DNA of 64,000 bases from a virus: IMG/VR virus record IMGVR_UViG_2728369369_000003; one strand, given 5' to 3'. Of the stretch, positions 54,945-64,000 are shown piece by piece; positions within the stretch are counted from its first letter, which is position 1, and each line of letters begins with the position of its first letter. A model generated the notes under the pieces. The model was given only the letters and a program-made list of their open reading frames with translations. It did no database searches and was not told the DNA's origin. The translations under genes were made by a program, and so were the position numbers.

Positions 54945-55355
54945 CTAAAACTTTCCCGCATCATGCTCTCCGAGGGTTCCGTCTGGAGACTCTCCCGGGG
55001 CAGGTTCCGGGGGAAGCATACCGCTCAAGGCCATCACTAATTTTCCCGCCTTTCCCAGCGCATCTGATGGCCATTCCCGCATGATGCTGTGCTGTAACGC
55101 CTGCATTTCCGTCGGATCCTCCATTTTTTCGGGGGATACCGTGGCCATGGCAACCAACATGGCATTCAGCTTGATATCCATGCGATTAAGCGCCGAGATA
55201 TACTTCATCGGCTCAATCTCACTATCATCATGGATCTGATTTGCTGCCGCATACTCCATATACTCAATACGCTGCAGCGCTGACAGCTCACGAAGCTCAA
55301 CGGAATGCTTGCAGTGAGTAAATATCTCTTTTTTTAAAAACATCCCCACCCCCAA
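54945..55355 (-). CDS. G: Tail assembly chaperone G
   Basis: ELSALQRIEY motif; ends GCG GGA AAG TTT TAG. Confidence 0.9.
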   Translation of the reverse strand: MGVGMFLKKEIFTHCKHSVELRELSALQRIEYMEYAAANQIHDDSEIEPMKYISALNRMDIKLNAMLVAMATVSPEKMEDPTEMQALQHSIMREWPSDALGKAGKLVMALSGMLPPEPAPGESPDGTLGEHDAGKF

Positions 55356-55356
55356 T

Positions 55357-55380
55357 AAAAAACCCGCCGAAATGGCGGGC
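55357..55380 (-). terminator. Terminator after tail tube gene
   Basis: CCCGCC-N5-GGCGGG with T run on minus strand. Confidence 0.65.
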
Positions 55381-55395
55381 TGTTGTAATAAAAGC

Positions 55396-56166
55396 TTAAC
55401 TTAACGTGAGCGTTAATTTATCGGTAAAGCCGCCGCCACTGATCGTGATCGCCGCCTCACCCGCCATTAACGGCACAATATCGGGAGCCGTAGCATCGGG
55501 GATCAACGCCTTATCTGGCGCAGAGGAAACAACACTCAATGCTGGAATGGCTGCCCCCGCCGGAATAGGTTCAATGGTTAGGCTGATACGCCCCTTAGAT
55601 ACGGGAGCGCTCCCCGTCCATTTGCCTTGGCTGCCTGTCAGTACAACCGCCGTACCATCTGCAGATTGCCCGGTAGAGATTTTGATACCAGTCAGCGCCG
55701 GGATAAGTCCTTCTGCTGAGATCGGCTTACCGGATGGCTGAATTTTAATGTCTCGCGTAATAACATCTTTACTGTTGATCTCTTTGCCAAGATTGGTAAT
55801 GAATCCCGTAAAAAAATCGGCAGTATCGTTCGGGTATTTAATGCGAAATGCCAGCGTTTTACCCAGCATAAACGCATCCATCAACGCCTGTTGCCCCGGG
55901 TCTCCAGGCATCCACGCTAACGTTACCGACGCCTCCGATACTGATTTTTGCCCCGGAGAGCTCTGCTTCCAGTCGGCATCAGGATCGTCGAGATAGGAAT
56001 CATCCTCAGTGTCGGCTTTCATCTCTCCCGGCTTCAGTGACTTTACCTTACCCAATCGACGCCAGTCAGGCTCCGGCGACTGGGGGGTTCCAACACCACG
56101 CCCGATGTAATACCAGAACGTGGTCTTTGCGCCTTTAATCGGCTCATTTTTCAGCGGATCAGCCAT
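55396..56166 (-). CDS. V: Major tail tube protein V with C-terminal Ig-like extension
   Basis: IKGAKTTFWYY, LAWMPGDPGQQAL, RIKYPN. Confidence 0.9.
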   Translation of the reverse strand: MADPLKNEPIKGAKTTFWYYIGRGVGTPQSPEPDWRRLGKVKSLKPGEMKADTEDDSYLDDPDADWKQSSPGQKSVSEASVTLAWMPGDPGQQALMDAFMLGKTLAFRIKYPNDTADFFTGFITNLGKEINSKDVITRDIKIQPSGKPISAEGLIPALTGIKISTGQSADGTAVVLTGSQGKWTGSAPVSKGRISLTIEPIPAGAAIPALSVVSSAPDKALIPDATAPDIVPLMAGEAAITISGGGFTDKLTLTLS

Positions 56167-56167
56167 A

Positions 56168-56581
56168 TCACTCCCACTCAAACGTAATGTTATATTTCAC
56201 ATCAATAGCAGCCCAAGTCGCAGCGACATCACTGCGGTCATAGGTGCATCCCACTAACTCGATTGATGAACACAGGCGCAATAACTCCCGACAGTTAGGA
56301 ACAACCGGGAAAACTAAGCGGCTAGCCCAGTGATCTAACGTACTATCCGGCGCGCTCGATTTAACAAACACGGCCACATGCAAAACTGCCCGCCATTTCG
56401 GATCGTCGAGAAACTCATCGTCATCCGCAATATCTGACAGATGCACAGAAACCGCCGGTAACTCCTCCTCACCGTCAACAAACGCCGGCAGCCCATTGAA
56501 AATGGCGACTTCTTCAGGCTCGTCTTTTAAGACCCTGCGGAACTCATCGACCAGGGCCTTACGGATCTCCGTTGCGCTCAT
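56168..56581 (-). CDS. U: Tail terminator U
   Basis: FNGLPAF...LPAVSVHL...YDRSD...W. Confidence 0.88.
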   Translation of the reverse strand: MSATEIRKALVDEFRRVLKDEPEEVAIFNGLPAFVDGEEELPAVSVHLSDIADDDEFLDDPKWRAVLHVAVFVKSSAPDSTLDHWASRLVFPVVPNCRELLRLCSSIELVGCTYDRSDVAATWAAIDVKYNITFEWE

Positions 56582-57156
56582 CGCTTCATCTCCCGCTTCA
56601 GCTGTGACGTCAGCTGCTTACCCAGCTCATCCTCCATCTCACTCAAGATGTTGTCTTTCTCCATCTCAAATGCCTGCGTCAACACGCCTGACATATCCTC
56701 ACGCGTCGCGTCAATCATCAGCCTCTGCTTGGCGGCAATCGCCGCCGCAGTCCTGTGCATGATCTGCCAGTGGCGATACTTGGGGATGTAGACAAGGAAA
56801 GACCCGGGATAAGAGCGGCCACCCGCCGTTAATACCGATCCGCGCCAACCAGTATGACCTCGGCCTCTTGGTCCGAGGATAAGCTGAGGCGAGCCACGGT
56901 TAATGACCGGCATCGCGCTGCGATACACCGTGATTTTCGAATAGGCCGCAATGCCGCCACGAGGGGTGTACAACCTCATGCGCCTTTTGACTTTATCGAT
57001 GGGCAGCTTCTCTTTACTGGCTACTCGCTCTGCGGCGCGCAACATGGCCGCCTCTGCGACCTTCCTTGACGCACGCCGCACGGCGGCAGGGACAGCTTTA
57101 TCGCTGAGATCACGCAGGACGGCCTCCAACCTGTCCATGCCTTTAACTAATGCCAT
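56578..57156 (-). CDS. Z: Minor tail protein Z
   Basis: Basic ~190 aa between FII and U. Confidence 0.8.
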   Translation of the reverse strand: MALVKGMDRLEAVLRDLSDKAVPAAVRRASRKVAEAAMLRAAERVASKEKLPIDKVKRRMRLYTPRGGIAAYSKITVYRSAMPVINRGSPQLILGPRGRGHTGWRGSVLTAGGRSYPGSFLVYIPKYRHWQIMHRTAAAIAAKQRLMIDATREDMSGVLTQAFEMEKDNILSEMEDELGKQLTSQLKREMKR

Positions 57157-57167
57157 ACCCCCCCCGA

Positions 57168-57449
57168 TTAGCCGATTTCCAGTTGGATCACCCACTTCCC
57201 GTTTTGCTGATGAAACTTACTCACGGTGTAGGCTTTCTTGTTCCAACGCACATCATCACCGCGATGAGGACGATAACTGGGAGAAAACACGATCAGAGTC
57301 AGCACGCTGGCTTCCACTGGACCGAGAATCGCTGATAACGATGAGGGCACCACGGTAACCGAAGCGCCGTTGATCTCGGCTGGCTTACCGAAACGCAGAG
57401 AGATAGTCGCATCCATCCTGCCAGCCAGCTCGTCGAATGGGTTAGGCAT
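57168..57449 (-). CDS. Head-tail joining protein (FII-like)
   Basis: NPFDELAGRMD start, position. Confidence 0.75.
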   Translation of the reverse strand: MPNPFDELAGRMDATISLRFGKPAEINGASVTVVPSSLSAILGPVEASVLTLIVFSPSYRPHRGDDVRWNKKAYTVSKFHQQNGKWVIQLEIG

Positions 57450-57765
57450 TGATTTTTACCGGCACGAAATCATCGCTAGTGCCGGCAGCCTCCCACACCA
57501 CACCGACATAGGGCTCGCTGGCACTATTGGCCAACTGCACTTTGTCGCTCTTCAGGTACACCTTTTTACCGGTGGCCATATCATCGGTCCGCAGTTTCGG
57601 TAACAGGAATACCCCCTCAGCCATGCCAACGCCCTGCGCTTGAGCAGCAACATCGGAAAGGGAAACAGCCATAACGTCGCCCACTTGAACCAGGGCGCCA
57701 CTTTCCGCGTCCTTCGCCGCAGTAAACTGGATGGTCTTACCTTCCTGTACAAAATTTTTAGCCAT
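57442..57765 (-). CDS. DUF2190-family capsid cement protein
   Basis: MAKNFVQEGKTI start, EGVFLLPK. Confidence 0.85.
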   Translation of the reverse strand: MAKNFVQEGKTIQFTAAKDAESGALVQVGDVMAVSLSDVAAQAQGVGMAEGVFLLPKLRTDDMATGKKVYLKSDKVQLANSASEPYVGVVWEAAGTSDDFVPVKINA

Positions 57766-57857
57766 AAAGCCTCCAGGCCTCTCCGTGAGAGGCCAAATTC
57801 AGGACATAAAAAAAGCCCATCAGGGCCAGTTCGTGGTGTTCGGATTATCGACCGATA

Positions 57858-59936
57858 TTACGATGCAGAGCAGCGCACCAGGCCGCGGTGATCGAGCGGA
57901 GAAACACCAGCATCAATGCGGACTTTCGTCGTCACTCCATCAACGTCGAAACCATCCAGCTGATCGATATACGGAGCGTCTACGCCGTTGAGATAGGCGA
58001 CCTCAATCGTGTCGCTGCCTTTCGCGGCCGCCAGGTAATAGGTCGATACACTGGCAGCATCCAGGCGCGGTTCGGCGATAACGGTGGCAAAGTTCTGGAT
58101 CGGGTTAATAACGCCAGAGTTAACGTCAGCCCCTTTCACGCTGGCCGACTTAATAACCTGATTGGCATTAGCCTCCATCGCTGTCGGAACCAGGACAAAC
58201 GCCGGACGGATGTTCAGATGGCGATCGCCTTCTTTTTGCGTCCGCATCAGCTGGCGACCTTTATCCAGGCTGGGAACATCCATGGCGGCACTGCTCAATA
58301 CGTTATGGTGCTTGGCGCTATCAAACAGCACGACACCATCCGTCGACATTTTCGGGTTTTTCGTCAGAACGGCATAAACCAGATCAGCGATCGTCGCCTT
58401 GGCGGCTCGCCCCAACTTCATCGGCACATCGGTCAGCATGTTCAGATCGTCGTTGATGATAGCTTGGCGAGTAATGCTGAAGAGCTCACCATACGTCGCC
58501 AGCGCGATCGTCGCTTGGCTATCACCGGTGGTAACGTACTTATACTCAGCTCCCTCGCGCACCTGACGCAGTGAGGAGAAGCCACCCAGGCCGACACGAT
58601 GCGCAACTTTGAAGTCGGAAAGCTGCCCCTTCTTCGTCCACTGCTCAAACGTCTCCCCTGCATCCTCCCAGCCTTGCAGAATAGACTTATTGGCCACGTC
58701 CAGCAGGATGTTGCCGAAGTCTGAGCTTGAGTGGGTAAAAGCGAGACCGACCATCTGCATCGGGTTATAGCCGGCAATGCCGATCCCACGCTCTGTCAGC
58801 GACATTCGCGCCATTTCGCGCAGCGTCATCCCGGCATACGGGTTATCGCGCTGGCCTTCTTCATAGCCGGATTGCGCCATCAGGGCAGCACGAATGCCAT
58901 CGCCAGTGAAGTTACCGTTGCCCGCGTAGATGTGCGAGTTAGTGCGGTTCTGCGTACCGTTCAGCTGATTGGTCGGCGTCGCACCTTTACCCAATTCGGC
59001 CAGCAGCTTGTCCTTTGCCTGATCGACAGAGCAATCGACATCGGACACGCACTGCGCCATCAGATCGGCATGGCGGTTACCAAACATGGCAAATAGGTCT
59101 TGGATACCGGTGACACGCTGGCGCTGCTCTTCCTGCACCTGGGCGCGAATAGCGTTAACGTCGAGGTTTCCCGCCGGCGCCGCCGGTTCCTGATGGGTAG
59201 GCTGACGGCCAGCATTGGCTTGCGGATTGATCAGATTACGGATGCTCTTCGGCATATGTTCGAATTCCTCTACTCGTTTAGATTGGATGCAGGCCATCGC
59301 CTTGACAGGCTTGATGGTTTTGTCAGCGAATCCTTGCTCGACACACTCGACGCCGCTCAGCCACGTCTCTTGCTCCAGCAGCGCCGCGATCTCGTCTGCC
59401 GTCTTCCCTGTTTTCTCGGCATAGGCCGGGATCAGCACTGATTCAACCTTGTCCAGCAAATCAGCGTAATCACGCATTTCATTGGCATCACCGCCGGCAA
59501 CGCCCCAGGGCTTGTGGATCATCATCATGGCGTTTTCCGGCATGATGATTGGGTCACCAACCATGGCGATCACCGAGGCCATCGAAGCGGCCAGGCCATC
59601 GATATACACCGTTTTGCTGGCTGGGTGATTTTTCAGCAGGTTATAGATGGCGATGCCATCAAAGACATCACCGCCTGGGGAGTGGATGTGCAGATTAATG
59701 TGGTTCACCTGCCCCAACGCTGTCAGCTCCTCAGCAAACTGGCGGGCTGAAATACCCCACCCGCCAATTTCTTCATAGATACTGATGTCCGCCGTATCCT
59801 CCGCACTGGCTTTCATGCTGTACCAGTTACTACCGCGTCCGGCTCCGAGTGCGGCCATCCCCTTTGGACTCATGATTTGGTTCTTCTTTCCCACCACTGG
59901 GATCTCCTCCTGTGTCATTAGCCGGATCGGTATCAA
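57858..59936 (-). CDS. ClpP protease-major capsid fusion (start uncertain)
   Basis: IHSPGGDVFDG/GLAASMAS/MIHKPW protease then SSSDFGNIL...KVRIDAG capsid, no stop between. Confidence 0.92.
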   Translation of the reverse strand: MIPIRLMTQEEIPVVGKKNQIMSPKGMAALGAGRGSNWYSMKASAEDTADISIYEEIGGWGISARQFAEELTALGQVNHINLHIHSPGGDVFDGIAIYNLLKNHPASKTVYIDGLAASMASVIAMVGDPIIMPENAMMMIHKPWGVAGGDANEMRDYADLLDKVESVLIPAYAEKTGKTADEIAALLEQETWLSGVECVEQGFADKTIKPVKAMACIQSKRVEEFEHMPKSIRNLINPQANAGRQPTHQEPAAPAGNLDVNAIRAQVQEEQRQRVTGIQDLFAMFGNRHADLMAQCVSDVDCSVDQAKDKLLAELGKGATPTNQLNGTQNRTNSHIYAGNGNFTGDGIRAALMAQSGYEEGQRDNPYAGMTLREMARMSLTERGIGIAGYNPMQMVGLAFTHSSSDFGNILLDVANKSILQGWEDAGETFEQWTKKGQLSDFKVAHRVGLGGFSSLRQVREGAEYKYVTTGDSQATIALATYGELFSITRQAIINDDLNMLTDVPMKLGRAAKATIADLVYAVLTKNPKMSTDGVVLFDSAKHHNVLSSAAMDVPSLDKGRQLMRTQKEGDRHLNIRPAFVLVPTAMEANANQVIKSASVKGADVNSGVINPIQNFATVIAEPRLDAASVSTYYLAAAKGSDTIEVAYLNGVDAPYIDQLDGFDVDGVTTKVRIDAGVSPLDHRGLVRCSAS

Positions 59937-61356
59937 ACACCAGCCCCAGCTCTCTGTTTTCGTCGATTTCAGCCTTACGACGACGTTTCACATCTGCCGG
60001 GGTTCCGCCTCGGGCACGGATCCAGTCACTTTCCGTACCGGCGCCGCCACGAAGAATGACCTTCCAGGCGTTGGCCTCTTTGAGTGGGTCAATCCACGGC
60101 ATAACGGGGCCGCTGTAAACGGCGTTGAATAGCGTTTCTTTGTCGATACCGCGCGGGACAGTAATACGGCCAGCTGCAATCGCAGCGGACAGCCAGCGGC
60201 GATACATCGGGCGAGTAATAGCAGCGATAAAGGCATCTTGCAGGATGGCGTAACCCTCTTGCGCCTCGACCAGCTCCTGGCGTTGCGCGCTGTATGTGCC
60301 ATCGTAGTTACGGGCGATAGAGGAAAAGCTGCTTCGGGTTCCTGCGGCGACGGCTCGTAATTGCCCCATGCGGAACGTCTCAAGATTCGGATTCGGGCGA
60401 TCTGACTTAATCATCCCGATATCCTCACCCGGACCAAGGCCGTCAAAGATCATCCCAGGCGTAATATTCAGCTCTCGCTCTTTGCCTTTTTCGTAGTTGT
60501 CGTCATTAAAGGTCTGTGCGTCACCCCGCTTGATATAGGCGCCAAACGCCGCGCCAAGTCGCGCCGCAATACGCTCGCTGTCCTCGTAATTTTTGAGATC
60601 GGCCAAACGAATAATGACGCCAGATAACAGCGACACCCCGCGAGCCTGATTTAACCGGCGGGTAAATTTCAGATGCAGCATATTATCTGCAGAGATTACC
60701 TTGGTATCAGCGAGACCAACGCCAAACCCCGGATACGTCTTATAGACTTGATAGCCAGTAGGACGCATCCAGTTATTAAACTGGATCCCCTGAACCAGAT
60801 TCGTTTCTTGATCGCTCATGCCTAACGGCACGTAATCCGGCTCCATCGCCTCCAGCCAGCAAGGAACACCGGCAACCTTAGATAACCCCACCGCCGATCC
60901 GCAGATGGTATGCACAAACACTTCGCCATCACGTAACCAGGTACGCAACAGCAAGCGCTCCAACACGGGCCGCGTATACTGACCAGATACATCTGGAGCT
61001 ACCGACCATTCGGCCCACGCCATGCGGATATCTTCGGCCAGCTCCTTATTTAACGCACCGTCCGGCGTTAGGGGCTGTGGCTCAACGATGATTCCCCGTG
61101 AGCCGATAATCCGCTCTTCCAATTTATCCAAAGCGCCGATAACCAGATCGTGGTTTTCATCTAGCCACCGCGCTTGCTCGCGCAATGACTTGCCGCCAAA
61201 CTGCGTGGCTTGATTAGGTGAGCGATTTTCTCGGTGCGCTCGATGCGTACGCGTAGGCATGACCGCCTCATACGCCCGAATAGTGTGCTGAGCGCGTAGG
61301 CGTGACAACTTCCAGTGAGGCGCAATAGCCGTCACCATCTTCCCCAAGATACCCAT
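59830..61356 (-). CDS. Lambda-family portal protein
   Basis: RWLDENHDL, DGEVF, QARGVS, YSAQRQELVE, WIDPLKEA. Confidence 0.93.
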   Translation of the reverse strand: MGILGKMVTAIAPHWKLSRLRAQHTIRAYEAVMPTRTHRAHRENRSPNQATQFGGKSLREQARWLDENHDLVIGALDKLEERIIGSRGIIVEPQPLTPDGALNKELAEDIRMAWAEWSVAPDVSGQYTRPVLERLLLRTWLRDGEVFVHTICGSAVGLSKVAGVPCWLEAMEPDYVPLGMSDQETNLVQGIQFNNWMRPTGYQVYKTYPGFGVGLADTKVISADNMLHLKFTRRLNQARGVSLLSGVIIRLADLKNYEDSERIAARLGAAFGAYIKRGDAQTFNDDNYEKGKERELNITPGMIFDGLGPGEDIGMIKSDRPNPNLETFRMGQLRAVAAGTRSSFSSIARNYDGTYSAQRQELVEAQEGYAILQDAFIAAITRPMYRRWLSAAIAAGRITVPRGIDKETLFNAVYSGPVMPWIDPLKEANAWKVILRGGAGTESDWIRARGGTPADVKRRRKAEIDENRELGLVFDTDPANDTGGDPSGGKEEPNHESKGDGRTRSRTR

Positions 61357-61568
61357 TAGAACCTCGCTACTGAGTGCAAACTGCGGGGTCGGGTTTTAGC
61401 TCGTAGTTGCGCGTCGATATCCTCCAGCCCCTTGCGGATCACCGACAGGCTTTCCATCGTCATTTCCTGCCCGTTAATTGAGATGGACTTCCCCATTAAC
61501 ACGGCGCGCTCAGCCTCCAAATAAGCCTGGCGCCGCTGCTCCAATTCTTCTCGCGTCACAGTATCCAC
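61356..61568 (-). CDS. W: gpW-like head completion protein
   Basis: YLEAERAVLMGKSISING. Confidence 0.85.
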   Translation of the reverse strand: MDTVTREELEQRRQAYLEAERAVLMGKSISINGQEMTMESLSVIRKGLEDIDAQLRAKTRPRSLHSVARF

Positions 61569-63649
61569 CCTCCCTTAATCTCTTTATCAGGAACAACAGT
61601 TGGCGCCGCGAGGACGGCCTCGAAATTGATTGTGTTAACCGGTTTATTTTCTTCGGACGCGGGCTGCGTTACTGGTTTTGATGATGGCTCAGTAGGTAAA
61701 CGCGCCCACACGGGAGGGCTCTCCCAATTAATACGTTCATACCCACGAAGAATGGCGATGGCATGCGCGTAACAGAAAAGGTCGAACGCCTCGTTTGCGC
61801 CATGCCCTGGCTTGCGCCATTTCCCGCTGATATCGCGCTCCTCATACGTCAATTCCTCATAGAACCACTCCCCAAGCCAGTCGGGGAAATGAATATAATT
61901 TGGTCCAGGAATATCGCGAGATAGCGCACCAGAGATCCGATCCTTGAGCTTATCGGTTTGCAGCAGATAGATAGGAACGTCACCTCGGGCCTTTGCACGG
62001 CGGTCGGAGCGGTCTGTGTTGTCAGGGTAAGAGCGCGAGATCAGCTTGCTGCGGGATACGCTATCCCCTTTCAGCAAATAGACACGCCGACTCTCACCGT
62101 CACGGCGGCAACGGCGCCAAAAAGTGTAGGCGTTATCGGTGACGCCATCTTCACCCCCAGAATCGACCCCCATCGCCAATATCGGCATGCGAATATCCGG
62201 CGATGACTCCAAAGGATAGGTTTTATCAAGAACATCCGTTCTCAACAGGTCCCAATCCTCAGCGAATGAAGCCGGATTAATCGGCTGACTTTCCCCATTC
62301 TCATTGAACCGCATGGAATAGCGGATGTTGTAGCGATCGACTACCCAGCGCTCGCCATCGGCGCCATAACCGATAATCTGCACGACAAAACGACGATTCT
62401 TACCACCCTGTACGTCCACCGTCGCGATCAGGAAGCGCACGCCTTCCGGTACAACGCGCTTCTCTATCACTTCCGCACGCGCCATAAGGACATCGCTCTT
62501 GCGGCTTTCCAGCGAACGGCGCGGCATATACGGCTGCCCGCAGTCAGTATTGATGACCGTTTTCAGCGTCTCCTCACTACCGGTCGCCTCATACTCCTGT
62601 TCAGCGGTCAAAATTTTATAGATAAGCTGCGCCCAGGTCTGGTACGCCGCCGCCGGCCCCTCCATCCAAAAAGACGCGATACGAGATCGACGTGGCGTTC
62701 CGCTACGCTCACCATCGGCATAGCTAATTTCCCCATCGCGCAGCCAGATGCCGCGCGCGTTAAGCTCACGCTTTTGATGCGGTTCAATCAGCCCCATACA
62801 GTGTGGGCACTGTACCCGAGCCGCCTCGCTGGCCTCCATGGGATCCGGGTTATCTCTATAGCCGACAACGTTCTCCATAATCGGCTGGAAAAACTCACCA
62901 CAGTGGGGACATGGCCAGTACCAGCGCCGGCGATCGCCTCGGTTGTAGAGTGACAAGATCCCCGTCGAGGGAGGCGCCTCATGTGGCGTCGTCCGCTTCC
63001 ACTTCGTATCTACAATATCTCGCCCTGGCGAGCTCTCAACCAGAGTCATCCCAGCCGACATAAACGTTGTGGTGCGCTTAGATGCCAGGCTAAAAGCATC
63101 ACCCTCACCATTAATGTCCTCCGGCAGACGGTCATAGTCAGTCAGCGCTACAAAGCGGTAGTCTGATGACGACATAATGTTTACCGATGGCCAACCAATT
63201 TTTAGATAGGATCCATCACGTAGAATTTTGTCATGAACGTTATTGTCATTCCGGCGCGGGCTCATCCGACGGCGCACTGCTGGGCTACAGCGGAAAGTAC
63301 GGTCAAGGCGTTTTTTCGAATGCTCCCTGGCTTTCTCCTCAGAGATCTGCACAATCAGCATGTCGGACGGGTCGCAGCAAATGTTATAAACAATCCATCC
63401 ATCAACCAGCGCCACGGTCTTCCCCGTTCGGGCGGGACCGACAAAAATCACCGCATCAAACTCTCTCGACGACAGACAATCCAACGGCTCTAGCACATAC
63501 GGCGACACATTCGGATCCCAAGCGACAGAGTTGCCTGCACTCTTTGGCACTCGCATATACTTCCCAACAGCCTCGGATACCCTCATTCGACGCGGCGGCT
63601 TTAATCGAGCCGATAAATCCTGCCCTATCATTTTTGCGGATGCGTACAT
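61556..63649 (-). CDS. Terminase large subunit (gpA family)
   Basis: GPARTGKT Walker A, LTDYDR, CPHC zinc motifs, TVDVQ. Confidence 0.95.
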   Translation of the reverse strand: MYASAKMIGQDLSARLKPPRRMRVSEAVGKYMRVPKSAGNSVAWDPNVSPYVLEPLDCLSSREFDAVIFVGPARTGKTVALVDGWIVYNICCDPSDMLIVQISEEKAREHSKKRLDRTFRCSPAVRRRMSPRRNDNNVHDKILRDGSYLKIGWPSVNIMSSSDYRFVALTDYDRLPEDINGEGDAFSLASKRTTTFMSAGMTLVESSPGRDIVDTKWKRTTPHEAPPSTGILSLYNRGDRRRWYWPCPHCGEFFQPIMENVVGYRDNPDPMEASEAARVQCPHCMGLIEPHQKRELNARGIWLRDGEISYADGERSGTPRRSRIASFWMEGPAAAYQTWAQLIYKILTAEQEYEATGSEETLKTVINTDCGQPYMPRRSLESRKSDVLMARAEVIEKRVVPEGVRFLIATVDVQGGKNRRFVVQIIGYGADGERWVVDRYNIRYSMRFNENGESQPINPASFAEDWDLLRTDVLDKTYPLESSPDIRMPILAMGVDSGGEDGVTDNAYTFWRRCRRDGESRRVYLLKGDSVSRSKLISRSYPDNTDRSDRRAKARGDVPIYLLQTDKLKDRISGALSRDIPGPNYIHFPDWLGEWFYEELTYEERDISGKWRKPGHGANEAFDLFCYAHAIAILRGYERINWESPPVWARLPTEPSSKPVTQPASEENKPVNTINFEAVLAAPTVVPDKEIKGGWIL

Positions 63650-64000
63650 CAGTCCTCCCCTAGCCCCTCCTCACTGCCGGCCAAATCCGATGCGCAGGCA
63701 TGGTATGTGCGTTCAGCCAGCGTAAAACGCAGATCATCAATGACATTTTGGACATGCGAGACAGCCTGCGGAGACAATGCGCAATCGCGCTCTAGAAGAT
63801 CTGGTACGGTTTCAAGCACCTGAACAACGGCTTTTGTCATACTGGAAAACACAGACACAACCTCAGACTCCGGGATCAGTTGCCGTGTACTCTCCTCCAG
63901 CTTCACGCGCTCATTCTCGGACTGATACCAGTCCTTACGGTCCTTTGGTGGCATCAATGCGGGGTTTTGAATGGCATCGATATCAGCAGGAGCGCTATTA
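63649..64000 (-). CDS. Terminase small subunit (DUF1441-like), 5' end outside window
   Basis: RKDWYQSENER motif; frame stays open to the window edge. Confidence 0.88.
   Translation of the reverse strand, partial: NSAPADIDAIQNPALMPPKDRKDWYQSENERVKLEESTRQLIPESEVVSVFSSMTKAVVQVLETVPDLLERDCALSPQAVSHVQNVIDDLRFTLAERTYHACASDLAGSEEGLGED

Larger units (their letters stand above)
39574..64000. mobile_element. Prophage 2 (argW 3'-end integrase module, lambda-type tail, Gifsy-2-like head); right part outside window
   Basis: tRNA-int(+)-tfa/stf/lom/J...terminase(-) order, the KplE1/Sf6/HK620-type layout. Confidence 0.93.

Noticed and set aside
57888-58574. 228-aa antisense ORF within the capsid gene (likewise 3120-3674, 12742-13254, 20835-21425, 23449-24012)
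   Set aside because: Shadow ORFs opposite conserved GC-rich genes, with no RBS or motifs.

Overview
The window contains no ordinary host genes. It shows two lambdoid (long-tailed) prophages of an Enterobacterales-type host flanking one tRNA-Arg(CCU) gene (argW-like, 39499-39573). Prophage 1 runs leftward from the 5' side of the tRNA past position 1. It has int/xis, an early operon (RdgC, exonuclease, ParB-like), cI/cro with operators, an O-type initiator with iterons, PerC, a fused C5+Dam methyltransferase, RusA, KilA-N, a mini-LexA, Q, a lysis cassette, an HK97-type head and a lambda-type tail. Prophage 2 runs rightward from the 3' side of the tRNA past the window end. It has a P4/IntS-type integrase, tfa, stf, lom, a lambda-type tail, a protease-capsid fusion, portal and terminase. 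The most interesting signals are: (1) SOS (LexA) boxes in front of a kilA-N/mini-lexA/DUF968/Q block and in front of the tRNA, together with a phage gene for a LexA DNA-binding domain that lacks the cleavage domain; (2) a repeated promoter/hairpin element that heads each of two antisense cargo genes in the pL operon; (3) an in-frame m5C + m6A methyltransferase fusion; (4) a near-identical tail-tip segment of at least 1.4 kb shared by both prophages 44,908 bp apart, which could loop out a complete hybrid phage carrying the tRNA. All family assignments come from motif recognition and synteny by eye; no database search was run.
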